Assembly: GCA_947631625.1 (NCBI GenBank)
Contig: CANRMA010000005.1
Coordinates: 28,108 to 92,107, forward strand
DNA length: 64,000 nt
DNA from: an uncultured Lachnospiraceae bacterium
GTDB taxonomy: Bacteria > Bacillota > Clostridia > Lachnospirales > Lachnospiraceae
Direction: 5' to 3'
Positions 39,034 to 50,191 of the stretch are shown piece by piece. The position numbers and the translations under genes were made by a program. Positions within the stretch are counted from its first letter, which is position 1; each line of letters begins with the position of its first letter. The notes under the pieces were generated by a model. The model searched no databases, was not told the origin of the DNA, and saw only the letters and a list, made by a program, of their open reading frames with translations.

Positions 39034-39130
39034 GATCCTTATCTCCTTTCAGAATAAATTTATCTGTGTTCTGAAAGTATGATAACAAATATAAAGTCCT
39101 ATAAACCGGTCTTTATGCAAACAAATGTTC

Positions 39131-42100
39131 TTATTGCGCCGCGTCCTCTTTTAAAAGCAGCCGGCTCATATCGGCTATAAGTTCCTCCGTAAGCGAAAGC
39201 AGCAGTTCCTCATCCTTTTCCACCATACCGTACTTCCTGTACCGATATCTGAATGAGGGTATTCCTTTTGCATCAAATACGAGCTTACCCTTATGCCTGC
39301 TTAAAAGCAGTGAGATATTTTCAACAGCAATGTCGGCATCCTGCGTAAACTGAAACTGTATCACCTCATTGCGACCTTTTATTTCCGTCATATAAAGTCT
39401 GTGCGCGCTAACTCTTATCATCGAGATCCTGATCAGATTTTCGACTGATTTCGGAATTCTGCCAAAACGGTCCAACAGTTCTTCTTTCATGTCTTCACAC
39501 TCTTTATCATTCTCAATACCCGCTATACGCTTGTATATATCCAGTTTCTGAATTTCATTGACTATATACGACGGCGGAATATATGCATCCGCATCCAGAT
39601 CTATACTTGTATTAAATTCTCCCGCAGTCGATATTCCCTTAAGATTTTTAACCGCCTCATTCAGCATCTTGCAGTACAGATCATAACCTACGGCCTGCAT
39701 ATGCCCATGCTGCCTGGCTCCCAGAATATTTCCGGCTCCTCGTATCTCCAGATCCCTCATGGCTATTTTAAAACCGCTTCCCAGATCCGTAAACTCCCTT
39801 ATCGCCTCAAGACGCTTCTGAGCAACCTCTTTTAACATCTTATCCCTTTTATACATAAGGAACGCATAAGCGGTACGATTGGAACGTCCCACACGTCCTC
39901 TTAACTGATATAACTGCGACAGACCCATATTGTCTGAATCATGTATTATCATTGTATTCACGTTTGAGATATCCAGTCCTGTTTCAATTATCGTGGTAGA
40001 CACCAGAACATCGATATCTCCGGATATAAAATCATACATGATGCGCTCCAGTTCCCTCTCATTCATCTGACCATGCGCAAAAGCCACAGCCGCCTCCGGT
40101 ACCAACGCCTGTATCGAGGCCGCAATATCAGCTATATGAGCGACTCTGTTATATACATAAAAAACCTGTCCTCCTCTTGAAAGTTCCCTGACAATAGCCT
40201 CGCGCACAAGTTCCTCATTATACTCGCACACAAAAGTCTGAATAGGCTGTCTGTCATTAGGCCCTTCTTCCAATACACTCATATCCCGTATCCCTATAAG
40301 GCTCATGTGGAGAGTCCTGGGTATGGGCGTGGCGGTAAGCGTCAGCACATCCACATTTTCCTTAAGTTTTTTAATCTTTTCTTTATGCGTGACACCGAAA
40401 CGCTGTTCCTCATCTATGATCAGAAGTCCCAGATCCTTATACTGCACATCATTGGAAAGTACCCTATGAGTGCCTATAACAATGTCAACCATGCCTTTTT
40501 TCAAATCTTCTATTGTTTTTTTCTGCTCTGCCGCCGTACGGAAACGGGACAACAGATCGATACGCACAGGAAAATCCTTCATACGCTGTATATAGGTATC
40601 ATAATGCTGTTGCGCAAGTATTGTCGTAGGCACAAGATAAACTACCTGTTTGCCCTCCTGGACAGCCTTAAATGACGCTCGTATGGCGATCTCCGTCTTG
40701 CCGTAACCAACATCCCCGCATATAAGTCTGTCCATTATTTTCGTACTTTCCATATCCGCTTTGGTGTCAGCTATCGCATTAAGCTGATCTTCGGTTTCCT
40801 CAAACGGGAACATTTCTTCAAACTCACGCTGCCATACTGTATCGGCGCCGTAACGATAACCGTTTTTCTGCTGCCTTACCGCATACAGTTCTACCAGATC
40901 GCGGGCTACTTCATTTACTGCGCTCTTGACCTTTGACTTGGTCTTATTCCATTCCTGCGTGCCAAGCTTATTAAGCTTCGGACTTCCGGCGTCTGCAGAA
41001 GAATATTTTTGGATGACATCAAGATCCGTGGCGGGAATATATAAATTTCCGCCGTCACGATACTCAATCTTTATATAATCCTTGGTCACCTTATCAACTT
41101 CAACTTTTTCAATCCCGCGGTATATTCCCAGACCGTGACTCTCATGCACCACATAATCTCCGACTTTAAGTTCGGAAAAATCTTTGATCTTTCGGCCTTC
41201 ATAAATTTTCCTTTTTTTCTTTTTCTTATTCTGCGCGCCAAATATATCGCTCTCTGAAATAACTATGAATTTTAAAAGAGGATATTCAAACCCTTTTAAC
41301 ACCCTTCCGTAATAGGTCATAACTTCCCCGGGCTGTACTTCCCTGTCCGGATCTTCGCTGTAAAAAGCAGTCAACCCCTGCTCCCTCAGATCGTCTGCAA
41401 GTCGTCCTGCCCTTGTCCTTGAACCTGACAAAAGCAGTACTCTGTACCCATTCTTTTTATACCTTGTTAAATCTTTAACAAGCGACTCGAAACTGTTATT
41501 ATATGAAGGCAGGCTCCTGGCCTGAACAGAGAATTTCTTATCCGCTTTAAATAATGTATTTTTCATATCCATCGTTTGAAGCGCTATGACCCGTCTCTTT
41601 AAAAGCGCTGCTGAGGTCTCTTCCACACTATACAACAGATCCATCTGCTGTGGAATAATATAGCCCTTCTCAACGCGGTGCATCATACTTTCCCGAAATT
41701 CCAGTTCAACCGCCCCCGCATGCTCTTTTACGCGCTCAGGCTCATCTATAAATATGCAGCTTTCCTTCTCCGGAAAATATTCCGTAAATGAAGACAGTTC
41801 CTTATAGAAATATCTTATATAGCTGTCAAGATTTACCGAGTTTAATGAAAGTCCCAGTTCAAGCAACTGTTCTTTAAGCTCTTTGATCTGGCTTGAAATC
41901 CGATGCGCCTCCTCAGTCTTCATATCGTTTCTGAGTTTATTTTCATACTCTTTTGCGTCTTTTTCTATCGCCTCAATTCCCGCCTTTAATTCCTCCATGC
42001 TTAATATCATCTCTGCAGCAGGATAAACGGAAACAGATTCCAACTTCTCTATAGAGCGCTGGCTCAAGATATCAAAGCTTCGGATAGATTCCACATCTTC

Positions 42101-42688
42101 GCCCCAAAGCTCGATCCTATAGGGATTTTCCTCGGTAAGATCAAAAATATCGATTATTCCGCCTCTTATGCTGAACTGCCCTGCCGCCTCAACCTGATAA
42201 TTTTTTTCATACCCCATCTCGGTTAGTCTTCTCGCCAACTCATTCTCATTTATCACGCTCTGCTTATTGATTTTGATAATATTCTTCTGCTGCGTGATAA
42301 GCGGAACCTGCGGCGCCATCAGCGCATCAAAAGTCGTGATCACTGTCGCAGGCTTATTCTCCATCAGTCTTCTTAAGCATTTCATTCTCTGCATTATAAG
42401 CTGATTTCCATGTATATCCGCCTGAAAAAATATCAGGTCTTTAGCCGGATAAATCATGACATTTCTGTCATAAAATTTATAATCTTCATACAATTCTTTA
42501 GCTTTTAAGTCACTGTAAGTAACGATGATCTTATATCTCAGACCATCGCCCAACCCATAGACCATATGCAGTTTTTCCGAATCCACACAGCCGTTTAGCG
42601 TTATTGCAGCCCGCTCATTTTTTTCAAGAGTTTTCTTTATCTCATCATATTCTCCCAATTCTTCCAGGGGAGCCAGTAATGATCTCAC
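39131..42688 (-). CDS. mfd: Transcription-repair coupling factor
   Basis: CarD-like GDYVVHESHGLG, GDVGYGKT, DEEQRFG, TATPIPRT, QLRGRVGR, DLEIRGAG. Confidence 0.95.
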   Translation of the reverse strand: MRSLLAPLEELGEYDEIKKTLEKNERAAITLNGCVDSEKLHMVYGLGDGLRYKIIVTYSDLKAKELYEDYKFYDRNVMIYPAKDLIFFQADIHGNQLIMQRMKCLRRLMENKPATVITTFDALMAPQVPLITQQKNIIKINKQSVINENELARRLTEMGYEKNYQVEAAGQFSIRGGIIDIFDLTEENPYRIELWGEDVESIRSFDILSQRSIEKLESVSVYPAAEMILSMEELKAGIEAIEKDAKEYENKLRNDMKTEEAHRISSQIKELKEQLLELGLSLNSVNLDSYIRYFYKELSSFTEYFPEKESCIFIDEPERVKEHAGAVELEFRESMMHRVEKGYIIPQQMDLLYSVEETSAALLKRRVIALQTMDMKNTLFKADKKFSVQARSLPSYNNSFESLVKDLTRYKKNGYRVLLLSGSRTRAGRLADDLREQGLTAFYSEDPDREVQPGEVMTYYGRVLKGFEYPLLKFIVISESDIFGAQNKKKKKRKIYEGRKIKDFSELKVGDYVVHESHGLGIYRGIEKVEVDKVTKDYIKIEYRDGGNLYIPATDLDVIQKYSSADAGSPKLNKLGTQEWNKTKSKVKSAVNEVARDLVELYAVRQQKNGYRYGADTVWQREFEEMFPFEETEDQLNAIADTKADMESTKIMDRLICGDVGYGKTEIAIRASFKAVQEGKQVVYLVPTTILAQQHYDTYIQRMKDFPVRIDLLSRFRTAAEQKKTIEDLKKGMVDIVIGTHRVLSNDVQYKDLGLLIIDEEQRFGVTHKEKIKKLKENVDVLTLTATPIPRTLHMSLIGIRDMSVLEEGPNDRQPIQTFVCEYNEELVREAIVRELSRGGQVFYVYNRVAHIADIAASIQALVPEAAVAFAHGQMNERELERIMYDFISGDIDVLVSTTIIETGLDISNVNTMIIHDSDNMGLSQLYQLRGRVGRSNRTAYAFLMYKRDKMLKEVAQKRLEAIREFTDLGSGFKIAMRDLEIRGAGNILGARQHGHMQAVGYDLYCKMLNEAVKNLKGISTAGEFNTSIDLDADAYIPPSYIVNEIQKLDIYKRIAGIENDKECEDMKEELLDRFGRIPKSVENLIRISMIRVSAHRLYMTEIKGRNEVIQFQFTQDADIAVENISLLLSRHKGKLVFDAKGIPSFRYRYRKYGMVEKDEELLLSLTEELIADMSRLLLKEDAAQ

Positions 42689-42693
42689 ATTAG

Positions 42694-43266
42694 TTACCTG
42701 CCCTTTTTGTTAAATTGATTCATTGCCGCATCAGCCCCGTCAGATATGATAACCTCTACCGCCTCTGCCGCCAGACCTATGCTTTCATTGATCAGTTCCA
42801 TATCTTCTTTGTTAAAATGCCCTAAAACATGTTCCGCCAGATCGCGTCCGGAAGGTTTGTCCCCGACTCCTACTCTGATCCTCTGAAATTCATCATGCCC
42901 TAAGTGCAAAATTATGTTTTTAAGTCCGTTATGTCCTCCTGCGCTGCCTTTTTTTCTGATCCGCAGAGCACCCACGCCGAGGCTTATATCATCCGAAATA
43001 ACAATAAGCTCTGATTTTTCTTCTATTTTGTAGTAATCTATAACTTCACGCACACTTTCGCCGCTCAAATTCATGTAAGTCTGAGGCTTGACCAATATAA
43101 CCTTTTCTCCGTTTATCACGCCTTTTCCCTCAATAGCCTTATGCCGCTTTCTGTCAAGCTTTATATTATGTTTATCCGCAATCCTGTCAATAACCATAAA
43201 TCCTGCGTTATGTCTTGTATTTTCATATTCCCTGCCCGGATTTCCCAGACCTGCTATAATGTACAT
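42694..43266 (-). CDS. pth: Peptidyl-tRNA hydrolase
   Basis: GLGNPG, TRHNAGF, KPQTYMNLSG, GGHNGLK. Confidence 0.95.
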   Translation of the reverse strand: MYIIAGLGNPGREYENTRHNAGFMVIDRIADKHNIKLDRKRHKAIEGKGVINGEKVILVKPQTYMNLSGESVREVIDYYKIEEKSELIVISDDISLGVGALRIRKKGSAGGHNGLKNIILHLGHDEFQRIRVGVGDKPSGRDLAEHVLGHFNKEDMELINESIGLAAEAVEVIISDGADAAMNQFNKKGR

Positions 43267-43316
43267 GGCTGCTCCTTTTTAAGTAAATCTTATATGTCAT
43301 TTTCCCCCGCCCATAA

Positions 43317-43342
43317 GAAAAGGATGCTACTGCATCCTTTTC
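43317..43342 (-). terminator. Intrinsic terminator after spoVG
   Basis: GAAAAGGATGC-TACT-GCATCCTTTTC perfect inverted repeat. Confidence 0.7.
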
Positions 43343-43371
43343 CCACAAGCATTAAATTACTCATATAACCA

Positions 43372-43644
43372 TTACAGATCATCTGGTTCTGAAAGCGCCT
43401 TTTCATAGCTTTCCAAGATAGTTTTCTGAATGCTCTCTCTGGTAGCGGAATTAATCGGATGTGCAATATCCCGATATTCGCCGTCAGAAGCCTTCTTGCT
43501 TGGCATAGCAATAAAAAGTCCTTTTTCGCCTTCAATTACTTTAATGTCATGCACTACAAATACATCGTCAATTGTAATTGATACGATTGCCTTCATTTTG
43601 CTGTCTTGAGTCATTTTACGCACGCGGACATCAGTAATTCTCAT
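43372..43644 (-). CDS. spoVG: Septation regulator SpoVG
   Basis: [10 protein letters not shown]...[21 protein letters not shown]...DIAHPIN; true start 43644 after AAGGAGG. Confidence 0.95.
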   Translation of the reverse strand: MRITDVRVRKMTQDSKMKAIVSITIDDVFVVHDIKVIEGEKGLFIAMPSKKASDGEYRDIAHPINSATRESIQKTILESYEKALSEPDDL

Positions 43645-43802
43645 GAAGCTCAGCCTCCTTATCATATGATACCGAACAGAATATCGTCGGCTTTCACAAG
43701 CTTTTCCACACAAGTCATACTCATCAAGCCACGTAGCTTGTAATTAATAACATTTTTTTAAAACAAATGACTTCTTAAGAAACCACCTGCTTTAGTATAA
43801 CA

Positions 43803-44921
43803 TTAAATGACGTATCTGTCATTATGCTCTACAACAATCTCGATCTCGCCTTCACCCTTATAATATGAATTAGTACGAATCGTTCCCCTGCTTTCCACTA
43901 TACAATTTTCTATATGCGTGTTATCACCTATATAAACATCATTTAAGATTATCGAATTTCTTATATAACAGTTATTGCCTATATAAGTATTCTTAAATAT
44001 AACCGCATCCTCGACGGCGCCGTTCACTATACAGCCGCTTGCAATAAGGCTGTTCTTGATCCTGGCGCCGGCATTGTATTTCGCCGGAGGATTATCGTCT
44101 ACCCTGGAATAAATATCAGGATACTGTTTAAAGAAATAATCCCTTATCTCAGGTCTCAGAAAATCCATATTGGTATTAAAATAATCTTCAACAGTCGCAA
44201 TATTGCTCCAGTAGTCCTTTATCTTATATCCAAATATCCTCTTCATATCTTTGTATCTGATCAGGATATCTTTTACAAAATCATATCTGTCTTCCTCGGC
44301 GCAGCGCTCTATCATCTCGATCAACTGCCGCCTCCTTACAACATATATACCGCAGGATATGGTATTGGACCGGGCAACCAGAGGCTTTTCTTCAAATTCC
44401 TCTATGCGGCTTTCTTCATTCATCTTAACCGTCCCATACCGGTCAACATTAATATCGGCGTCCATATCTTTACATACTACCGTTATATCCGCTTTTTTCT
44501 CAATATGATATTCAAGCACCTTATTATAATCCATTTTGTATACACAGTCACCTGATGAAATAACCACATAAGGTTCATGACTGTTCTTTAAGAACGACAG
44601 GTTCTGCGCTATCGCATCCGCCGTTCCCCTGTACCATGCATTGCTTTCGGCAGTTACCGCAGGAGTAAATATGAACAGGCCACCCTGCTTACGTCCAAAG
44701 TCCCACCACTTGGAAGAACTTAAGTGTTCATTCAGGCTCCCCGCATTATACTGGGTAAAAACCGCCACTTTATTAATATGCGAATTAGTCATATTACTCA
44801 GCGCAAAGTCAATACTGCGATAGCTTCCGGCAATCGGCATAGCGCAGACAGCCCTTTTCCGGGTCAGCAATTTCATCCTGTGGTTATTGCCGCCCGCCAA
44901 AATAATCCCTATCGCCCTCAT
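43803..44921 (-). CDS. glgD: Glucose-1-phosphate adenylyltransferase subunit GlgD
   Basis: GlgC paralogue with [11 protein letters not shown] and [11 protein letters not shown], overlapping the glgC stop. Confidence 0.9.
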   Translation of the reverse strand: MRAIGIILAGGNNHRMKLLTRKRAVCAMPIAGSYRSIDFALSNMTNSHINKVAVFTQYNAGSLNEHLSSSKWWDFGRKQGGLFIFTPAVTAESNAWYRGTADAIAQNLSFLKNSHEPYVVISSGDCVYKMDYNKVLEYHIEKKADITVVCKDMDADINVDRYGTVKMNEESRIEEFEEKPLVARSNTISCGIYVVRRRQLIEMIERCAEEDRYDFVKDILIRYKDMKRIFGYKIKDYWSNIATVEDYFNTNMDFLRPEIRDYFFKQYPDIYSRVDDNPPAKYNAGARIKNSLIASGCIVNGAVEDAVIFKNTYIGNNCYIRNSIILNDVYIGDNTHIENCIVESRGTIRTNSYYKGEGEIEIVVEHNDRYVI

Positions 44922-46192
44922 TGTACCTCACCTGCCTTAATAAGTGTCCTGCCGCTTGCAAGATATCCGTTTTCATAGTCGTCGGCAAAAGTAACGCCGA
45001 ACACCACGGAATTCTTACCTATAGAAATATTCTTCGGAATTATGCTGTTTTCACCTATTGTAACAATGCCGTGATTATATATCTGCGGCGCCTTATCGTT
45101 TGGCGCCTCATCCCCCACGCCAAGTTCAACATCATCACCTATAACTGCATTTTCCGCCACTATTGCCTTATTTATCACGCAATTACTGTGTATCTGCGTG
45201 GAATTCATTATAATCGAATCCCTTACAACAGTTCCTCTGCCTATATATACGCCGCAGCCTATAACAGAATTGTATACCTCGCCGTATATCTCGGAACCCT
45301 CACCTACTATGCTTCTCTCAATCACGCTGCCCGAAGCAAAATACTGCGGCGGCAGTATTTCGGATTTGGTATATATCTTCCAATACTCCTCATACAGATT
45401 AAATTCCGGAACAATGTCAATAAGCTCCATATTCGCTTCCCAATATGAATTAAGCGTTCCCACGTCTTTCCAGTATCCGTTAAATTCATAAGCATAAAGC
45501 GGTTCGCCGCTATTATGGCAATAAGGGATTATATGTTTTCCAAAATCAAGCCCCGGCTGTTTTGAATTCGCCAACAAAGCCCTCTTAAGGCAGTCCCAGT
45601 TGAATATATATATACCCATGGACGCAAGGTTGCTTCTCGGGTTCTCGGGTTTTTCCTCAAAATCCGTTATCCTGCGGTTCTCATCAGTGATCATAATCCC
45701 AAACCGCTTAGCCTCCTCCATAGGCACAGGCATTACCGCGATCGTCACTTCAGCTTTATTCCGCTTATGAAAATCCAACATTACCTCATAATCCATTTTA
45801 TATATATGGTCTCCGGAAAGAATAAGCACATATTCCGGATTATATGTCTCCATATATGCGATATTCTGATATATAGCATTGGCCGTGCCGGTATACCACT
45901 CGCTGTTAGCGCTTTTTTCATAAGGCGGAAGTACCGTAACGCCGCCGATATTTCTGTCAAGATCCCACGGTATGCCTATTCCTATATGAGTATTCAGACG
46001 AAGCGGCTGATACTGTGTAAGAACGCCTACTGTATCTATACCTGAATTGATACAGTTGCTCAGCGGGAAATCGATGATACGGTATTTACTTCCAAATGAT
46101 ACGGCGGGCTTGGCCACCTTAGACGTCAATACGCCAAGACGGCTTCCCTGACCGCCCGCAAGGAGCATGGCAATCATTTCTTTCTTAACCAA
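44918..46192 (-). CDS. glgC: Glucose-1-phosphate adenylyltransferase
   Basis: [34 protein letters not shown]; probable start TTG 46192 after GAGGTG. Confidence 0.95.
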   Translation of the reverse strand: MVKKEMIAMLLAGGQGSRLGVLTSKVAKPAVSFGSKYRIIDFPLSNCINSGIDTVGVLTQYQPLRLNTHIGIGIPWDLDRNIGGVTVLPPYEKSANSEWYTGTANAIYQNIAYMETYNPEYVLILSGDHIYKMDYEVMLDFHKRNKAEVTIAVMPVPMEEAKRFGIMITDENRRITDFEEKPENPRSNLASMGIYIFNWDCLKRALLANSKQPGLDFGKHIIPYCHNSGEPLYAYEFNGYWKDVGTLNSYWEANMELIDIVPEFNLYEEYWKIYTKSEILPPQYFASGSVIERSIVGEGSEIYGEVYNSVIGCGVYIGRGTVVRDSIIMNSTQIHSNCVINKAIVAENAVIGDDVELGVGDEAPNDKAPQIYNHGIVTIGENSIIPKNISIGKNSVVFGVTFADDYENGYLASGRTLIKAGEVQ

Positions 46193-46591
46193 TACTTTCA
46201 CCTCTTATTTCTTTATAATATAACCTGTTTATTATTTTTAGTATATCACACATTAATCGGAAAGTGAATATTATTTACAAAATAATTATCATTTAGTCCT
46301 TTCTTTATTATTAATATGCAACAAGTTTTTTGTAAAATCAAGTAATTTTTTATCAATTTTTTACAATGCAATATTTTGTGTGGTAATTATCAATAGCCAA
46401 TTTTATAAATATTAAATAAAAATCTACATTTTGGCGCCGTTTTCCACTTTTTGTAAAATATCATTGGTTTTTTCACTGCAAATGCGTATAATACTTATTA
46501 TAGTATTATCTTAATCATAATATTACTAAAATTAAAAATATTAAGATCATATAGCATTAAGTGAAAATATTTTTTCACATGGAGGTTTAAT

Positions 46592-47974
46592 ATGTATCAT
46601 ATCAATTTCCAAAAACCGATCCACATATATTTTATCGGTATCGGCGGCATCAGCATGAGCGGTCTGGCACAGATATTGCTTTCGGAAGGCTTTAAGGTTT
46701 CAGGGTCGGACAGACAGGAATCCGTCCTTACCAAAGAGCTTATTTCCAAAGGAGCTTCCGTTTATTATGGACAGAAAAAAGAAAATCTTGCAGACCTTCC
46801 GGACTTAATCGTTTACACAAGCGCGATCAAAAGCGACAATCCCGAATTTGCCGCAGGCAAAGAGCTTGGCATACCTTTTTTAACGCGCGCCCAACTGCTT
46901 GGACAAATGATGAAAAATTATAAGATACCTATAGCAGTAAGCGGCACGCATGGCAAGACTACCACCACCTCCATGCTCTCGCAGATACTTTTGGAGACCG
47001 ATGCGGATCCCACTTTATCCATCGGCGGGATTTATCAAAACATTGGAGGGAACATACGCGTCGGCGGCCCGGACTACTTTGTCACGGAAGCCTGTGAGTA
47101 TACTAACAGCTTTTTGAGCTTTTTCCCTAAAATAAGTATTATACTGAATATCGAAGAAGACCACCTTGACTTTTTTAAGGACATTTACGATATACGCAAT
47201 TCTTTTCATGAATTTGCAAAACTCCTGCCCTCCGACGGCACGCTGATAATAAACGGCGATATAACAAACATCAGCGATATAACCAATGATCTTTCATGCA
47301 ATATAATAACTTACGGTTCGACGCAGGACGCTGACTACTATCCGTCGGATATATCATTTGACGAATACGGTCATCCGTCTTTTATCCTGCGCTGCCCTGA
47401 CGGCAGCGCAATAAACAGATATTCCTTATGCGTCCCGGGCATACACAATATGTATAACTCAATAGCCGCAATTGCCGCGGCCAAACTCCTCAACATCGAT
47501 GAAGATAAGATTCAAAAAGGCCTTCTTGATTTTAAGGGTACCGACCGCCGCTTTGAATATAAAGGTGAAGTAAACGGTTTCTCCATAATAGATGATTATG
47601 CTCATCATCCCACAGAAATTACCGCAACTTTACAAGCCGCGGTAAATTATCCCCATAAGACTCTGTGGTGTGTATTCCAACCCCACACATATTCAAGGAC
47701 CAAAGCGTTCCTGCATGAATTTGCAAATGCGCTTACGTTGGCAGACAAGATCATACTCGCAGACATTTATGCCGCGCGTGAAAAAGATACCCTGGGGATA
47801 AGCTCCGTTACATTACAGAAAGAGATCAAAAAGCTCGGACATGAATGTTACTATTTTCCTTCTTTTGAGGAGATTGAAAATTTCATTCTGAAAAATTGCA
47901 CAAAGGGTGATCTGTTAATAACTATGGGTGCCGGAGATGTCGTAAAAATCGGGGATAATCTGCTTAAAAAATAG
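46592..47974 (+). CDS. murC: UDP-N-acetylmuramate--L-alanine ligase
   Basis: GIGGISMSGLA, GTHGKTTTTS, EACEY, DDYAHHPTE, FQPHTYSRT. Confidence 0.95.
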   Translation: MYHINFQKPIHIYFIGIGGISMSGLAQILLSEGFKVSGSDRQESVLTKELISKGASVYYGQKKENLADLPDLIVYTSAIKSDNPEFAAGKELGIPFLTRAQLLGQMMKNYKIPIAVSGTHGKTTTTSMLSQILLETDADPTLSIGGIYQNIGGNIRVGGPDYFVTEACEYTNSFLSFFPKISIILNIEEDHLDFFKDIYDIRNSFHEFAKLLPSDGTLIINGDITNISDITNDLSCNIITYGSTQDADYYPSDISFDEYGHPSFILRCPDGSAINRYSLCVPGIHNMYNSIAAIAAAKLLNIDEDKIQKGLLDFKGTDRRFEYKGEVNGFSIIDDYAHHPTEITATLQAAVNYPHKTLWCVFQPHTYSRTKAFLHEFANALTLADKIILADIYAAREKDTLGISSVTLQKEIKKLGHECYYFPSFEEIENFILKNCTKGDLLITMGAGDVVKIGDNLLKK

Positions 47975-48078
47975 TTATCCACAATATCCACAGAAAAAGC
48001 CGTTTTTTGCCTGCTTTATGCTGTGGATATTTTTAACCGCTAAAATCTTTTTTAAATATGTTATCCACATTTTCCACA
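47975..48078. promoter_or_regulatory. Cluster of five DnaA boxes
   Basis: TTATCCACA 47975 and 48061 (perfect); ATATCCACA 47984; TGTGGATAT 48022 (reverse); TTTTCCACA 48070. Confidence 0.85.
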
Positions 48079-48086
48079 GTCATCAT

Positions 48087-48098
48087 GAACAAATGTTC
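48087..48098. promoter_or_regulatory. LexA (SOS) box
   Basis: GAAC-AAAT-GTTC, the Firmicutes GAAC-N4-GTTC consensus; extended -10 TGCTATAAT at 48145-48153. Confidence 0.6.
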
Positions 48099-48209
48099 GA
48101 AATGTCTTTCTGGCAAAATGACTATATCTTTTTAAAATTTATCATGCTATAATTCATTTTACTTTGATAAATTTGATTTTTGTGTTGTCAGAAAGGCATG
48201 GTTTTTAAT

Positions 48210-49193
48210 ATGAGTCATTTTACAATATATCAGGATAATTATACGGACGCAACGGTCATTTCAAACCGTTTTATAGACGAATACATGAAACCTGCCAACG
48301 ACGCTCAGCTCAAGATCTATCTGTACCTTATCCGCATGATGAGCGCCAAGCGCTCCACCAGTGTTTCAGATATTGCGGATATATTCAATTATACGGAAAA
48401 AGATGTTCTGCGCGCTTTAAGATACTGGGAAGAAAATCATCTTCTGACCCTGGATTACGATGAGGCGCAAAACATTACAGGCATACACCTGCTCGACTTA
48501 AATACATCTTCAGCCGCTTCGCCGGAGCCCGAAGACCTTTATGCCAAGCCCTCCTATACGCCTGACCAACTCAGGGCGTTTAAGTCAGATGAAGCTGCTT
48601 CAAGACTGCTTTTTATTACGGAACAGTATCTCAGGAAGACACTTAGCGCCAATGAAATGAAAACCATACTTTTTATTTCGGACAAGCTTAAATTTTCCGA
48701 AGACCTTATAGATTATCTTATCCAATACTGTGTTGACCGCGGCAAAAAGGATCTCCGATATATAGAAAAAGTTGCCATAAGCTGGGCGCAGGCAGGCATA
48801 ACGACGCCCTCACAGGCCAGGCTGTACGCGCGCAAATATGACAAAATAGTATATGACACAATGCGTTCTCTTGGCAAAAACGGCGCGCCGACACAAACGG
48901 AGGTTTCTTACATCAACCGTTGGACCAAAGACCTGGCTTTTGAATTTGACGTGATCTCCGCCGCCTGCGAAAAGACCGTTCTCGCAACGGACAAACACCG
49001 TTTCGAATATGCAGACAAGATCTTGAGCAACTGGTACGACGCCGGAGTCCATCATGCCAACGATATTCCGGCCATCGAAGCGGATTATAAGAAAAACAAG
49101 CCTCAAAAGATCGCGACCAATAATAAATTTAATCAGTTTATGCACAATCAATATGATTTCGATACACTTGAAAAAGAACTTTTAAGCAATTGA
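48210..49193 (+). CDS. DnaD-domain replication protein
   Basis: ISNRFIDEYM N-terminus; two DnaB_2-type motifs (YIEKVAISW, YADKILSNW); start uncertain (48198 or 48210). Confidence 0.85.
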   Translation: MSHFTIYQDNYTDATVISNRFIDEYMKPANDAQLKIYLYLIRMMSAKRSTSVSDIADIFNYTEKDVLRALRYWEENHLLTLDYDEAQNITGIHLLDLNTSSAASPEPEDLYAKPSYTPDQLRAFKSDEAASRLLFITEQYLRKTLSANEMKTILFISDKLKFSEDLIDYLIQYCVDRGKKDLRYIEKVAISWAQAGITTPSQARLYARKYDKIVYDTMRSLGKNGAPTQTEVSYINRWTKDLAFEFDVISAACEKTVLATDKHRFEYADKILSNWYDAGVHHANDIPAIEADYKKNKPQKIATNNKFNQFMHNQYDFDTLEKELLSN

Positions 49194-49209
49194 TCCAAAG
49201 GAGACCACC

Positions 49210-50181
49210 GTGCCACTTACCAATACCCAGTATGATATCATACTCCGCGGTTACGAAAACAGACAACTTAATAACCGTCATGAGTTGGAACGCCGCATGA
49301 AATATGTTTATGATAATATTCCCGATTACCGGCGCATCGAAGATGAGATAGCATCGCTTTCCGTCGAACATACCAGGAGGTATCTGGAAGGGGACGGCAG
49401 CGCTATCGAAGAGATGAAATTAAAGCTTGCGGAACTTTCTGCCCAAAAAACTTCTCTTCTCACAAACGCAGGCCTGCCAAAAGATTATCTTAAACCGTCA
49501 TACACATGTCCCGACTGCAAAGATACCGGCTATATAGACGGCGTTAAATGTCACTGCTTTAAACAGGCCATGATAGACTTACTTTACGAGCAGTCAAATA
49601 TAAGGGATATGCTGCAGAGTGAAAATTTTGATACGCTGTCTTACGAATTTTATAAAGATGAAGATCTTTCAAGATTTAAAAATGCTGTCATAACCTGTCG
49701 GAATTTTATAAAAAATTTCAATTCCGACTACCATAATTTATTTTTTTATGGTACAGTGGGTACAGGTAAGTCCTTTTTATCGAACTGTGTCGCAAAAGAA
49801 TTGATAGAGCACGGACATTCGGTCATTTATTTCAGTTCTGCCGCTCTCTTTGATCTCCTGTCGAAATATTCTTTTGATTACAAAAACAGAGACGAACAGT
49901 TTGAACTGCATAATGACCTGTATCAATGCGATCTGCTCATTATCGACGATCTGGGAACAGAACTGACTAACCAGTTTACTGCTTCACGGCTTTTTTCCCT
50001 GTTAAATGAACGCCACATGGGTAAAAAGGCTACCGTCATTTCCACTAATCTTTCATTGGAAGAACTGCGCAACCGCTATTCGGACCGCATTTTTTCCCGT
50101 ATTACCAGTCATTACGAGATATGTAAATTGACCGGTCCCGACATACGTATGCATAAAAAGCGTTTACTTAACAGAAAGTGA
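49210..50181 (+). CDS. DnaC/DnaI-like helicase-loader ATPase
   Basis: Zn motif CPDCKDTG...CHC, Walker A GTVGTGKS, LLIIDDLGTE, RIFSRI. Confidence 0.88.
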   Translation: MPLTNTQYDIILRGYENRQLNNRHELERRMKYVYDNIPDYRRIEDEIASLSVEHTRRYLEGDGSAIEEMKLKLAELSAQKTSLLTNAGLPKDYLKPSYTCPDCKDTGYIDGVKCHCFKQAMIDLLYEQSNIRDMLQSENFDTLSYEFYKDEDLSRFKNAVITCRNFIKNFNSDYHNLFFYGTVGTGKSFLSNCVAKELIEHGHSVIYFSSAALFDLLSKYSFDYKNRDEQFELHNDLYQCDLLIIDDLGTELTNQFTASRLFSLLNERHMGKKATVISTNLSLEELRNRYSDRIFSRITSHYEICKLTGPDIRMHKKRLLNRK

Positions 50182-50191
50182 GGATTTATTC

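Noticed and set aside
46561-46578. Palindrome GTGAAAA-TATT-TTTTCAC before murC as a Rex or CRP site
   Set aside because: Spacing matches neither consensus and the context is very AT-rich.
47975-48078. Chromosomal origin oriC
   Set aside because: No dnaA, dnaN or rpmH nearby; position fits a regulatory DnaA-box cluster.
48210-50181. Prophage replication module or IS21 istB
   Set aside because: No integrase, transposase or phage genes; flanked by murC and prs.
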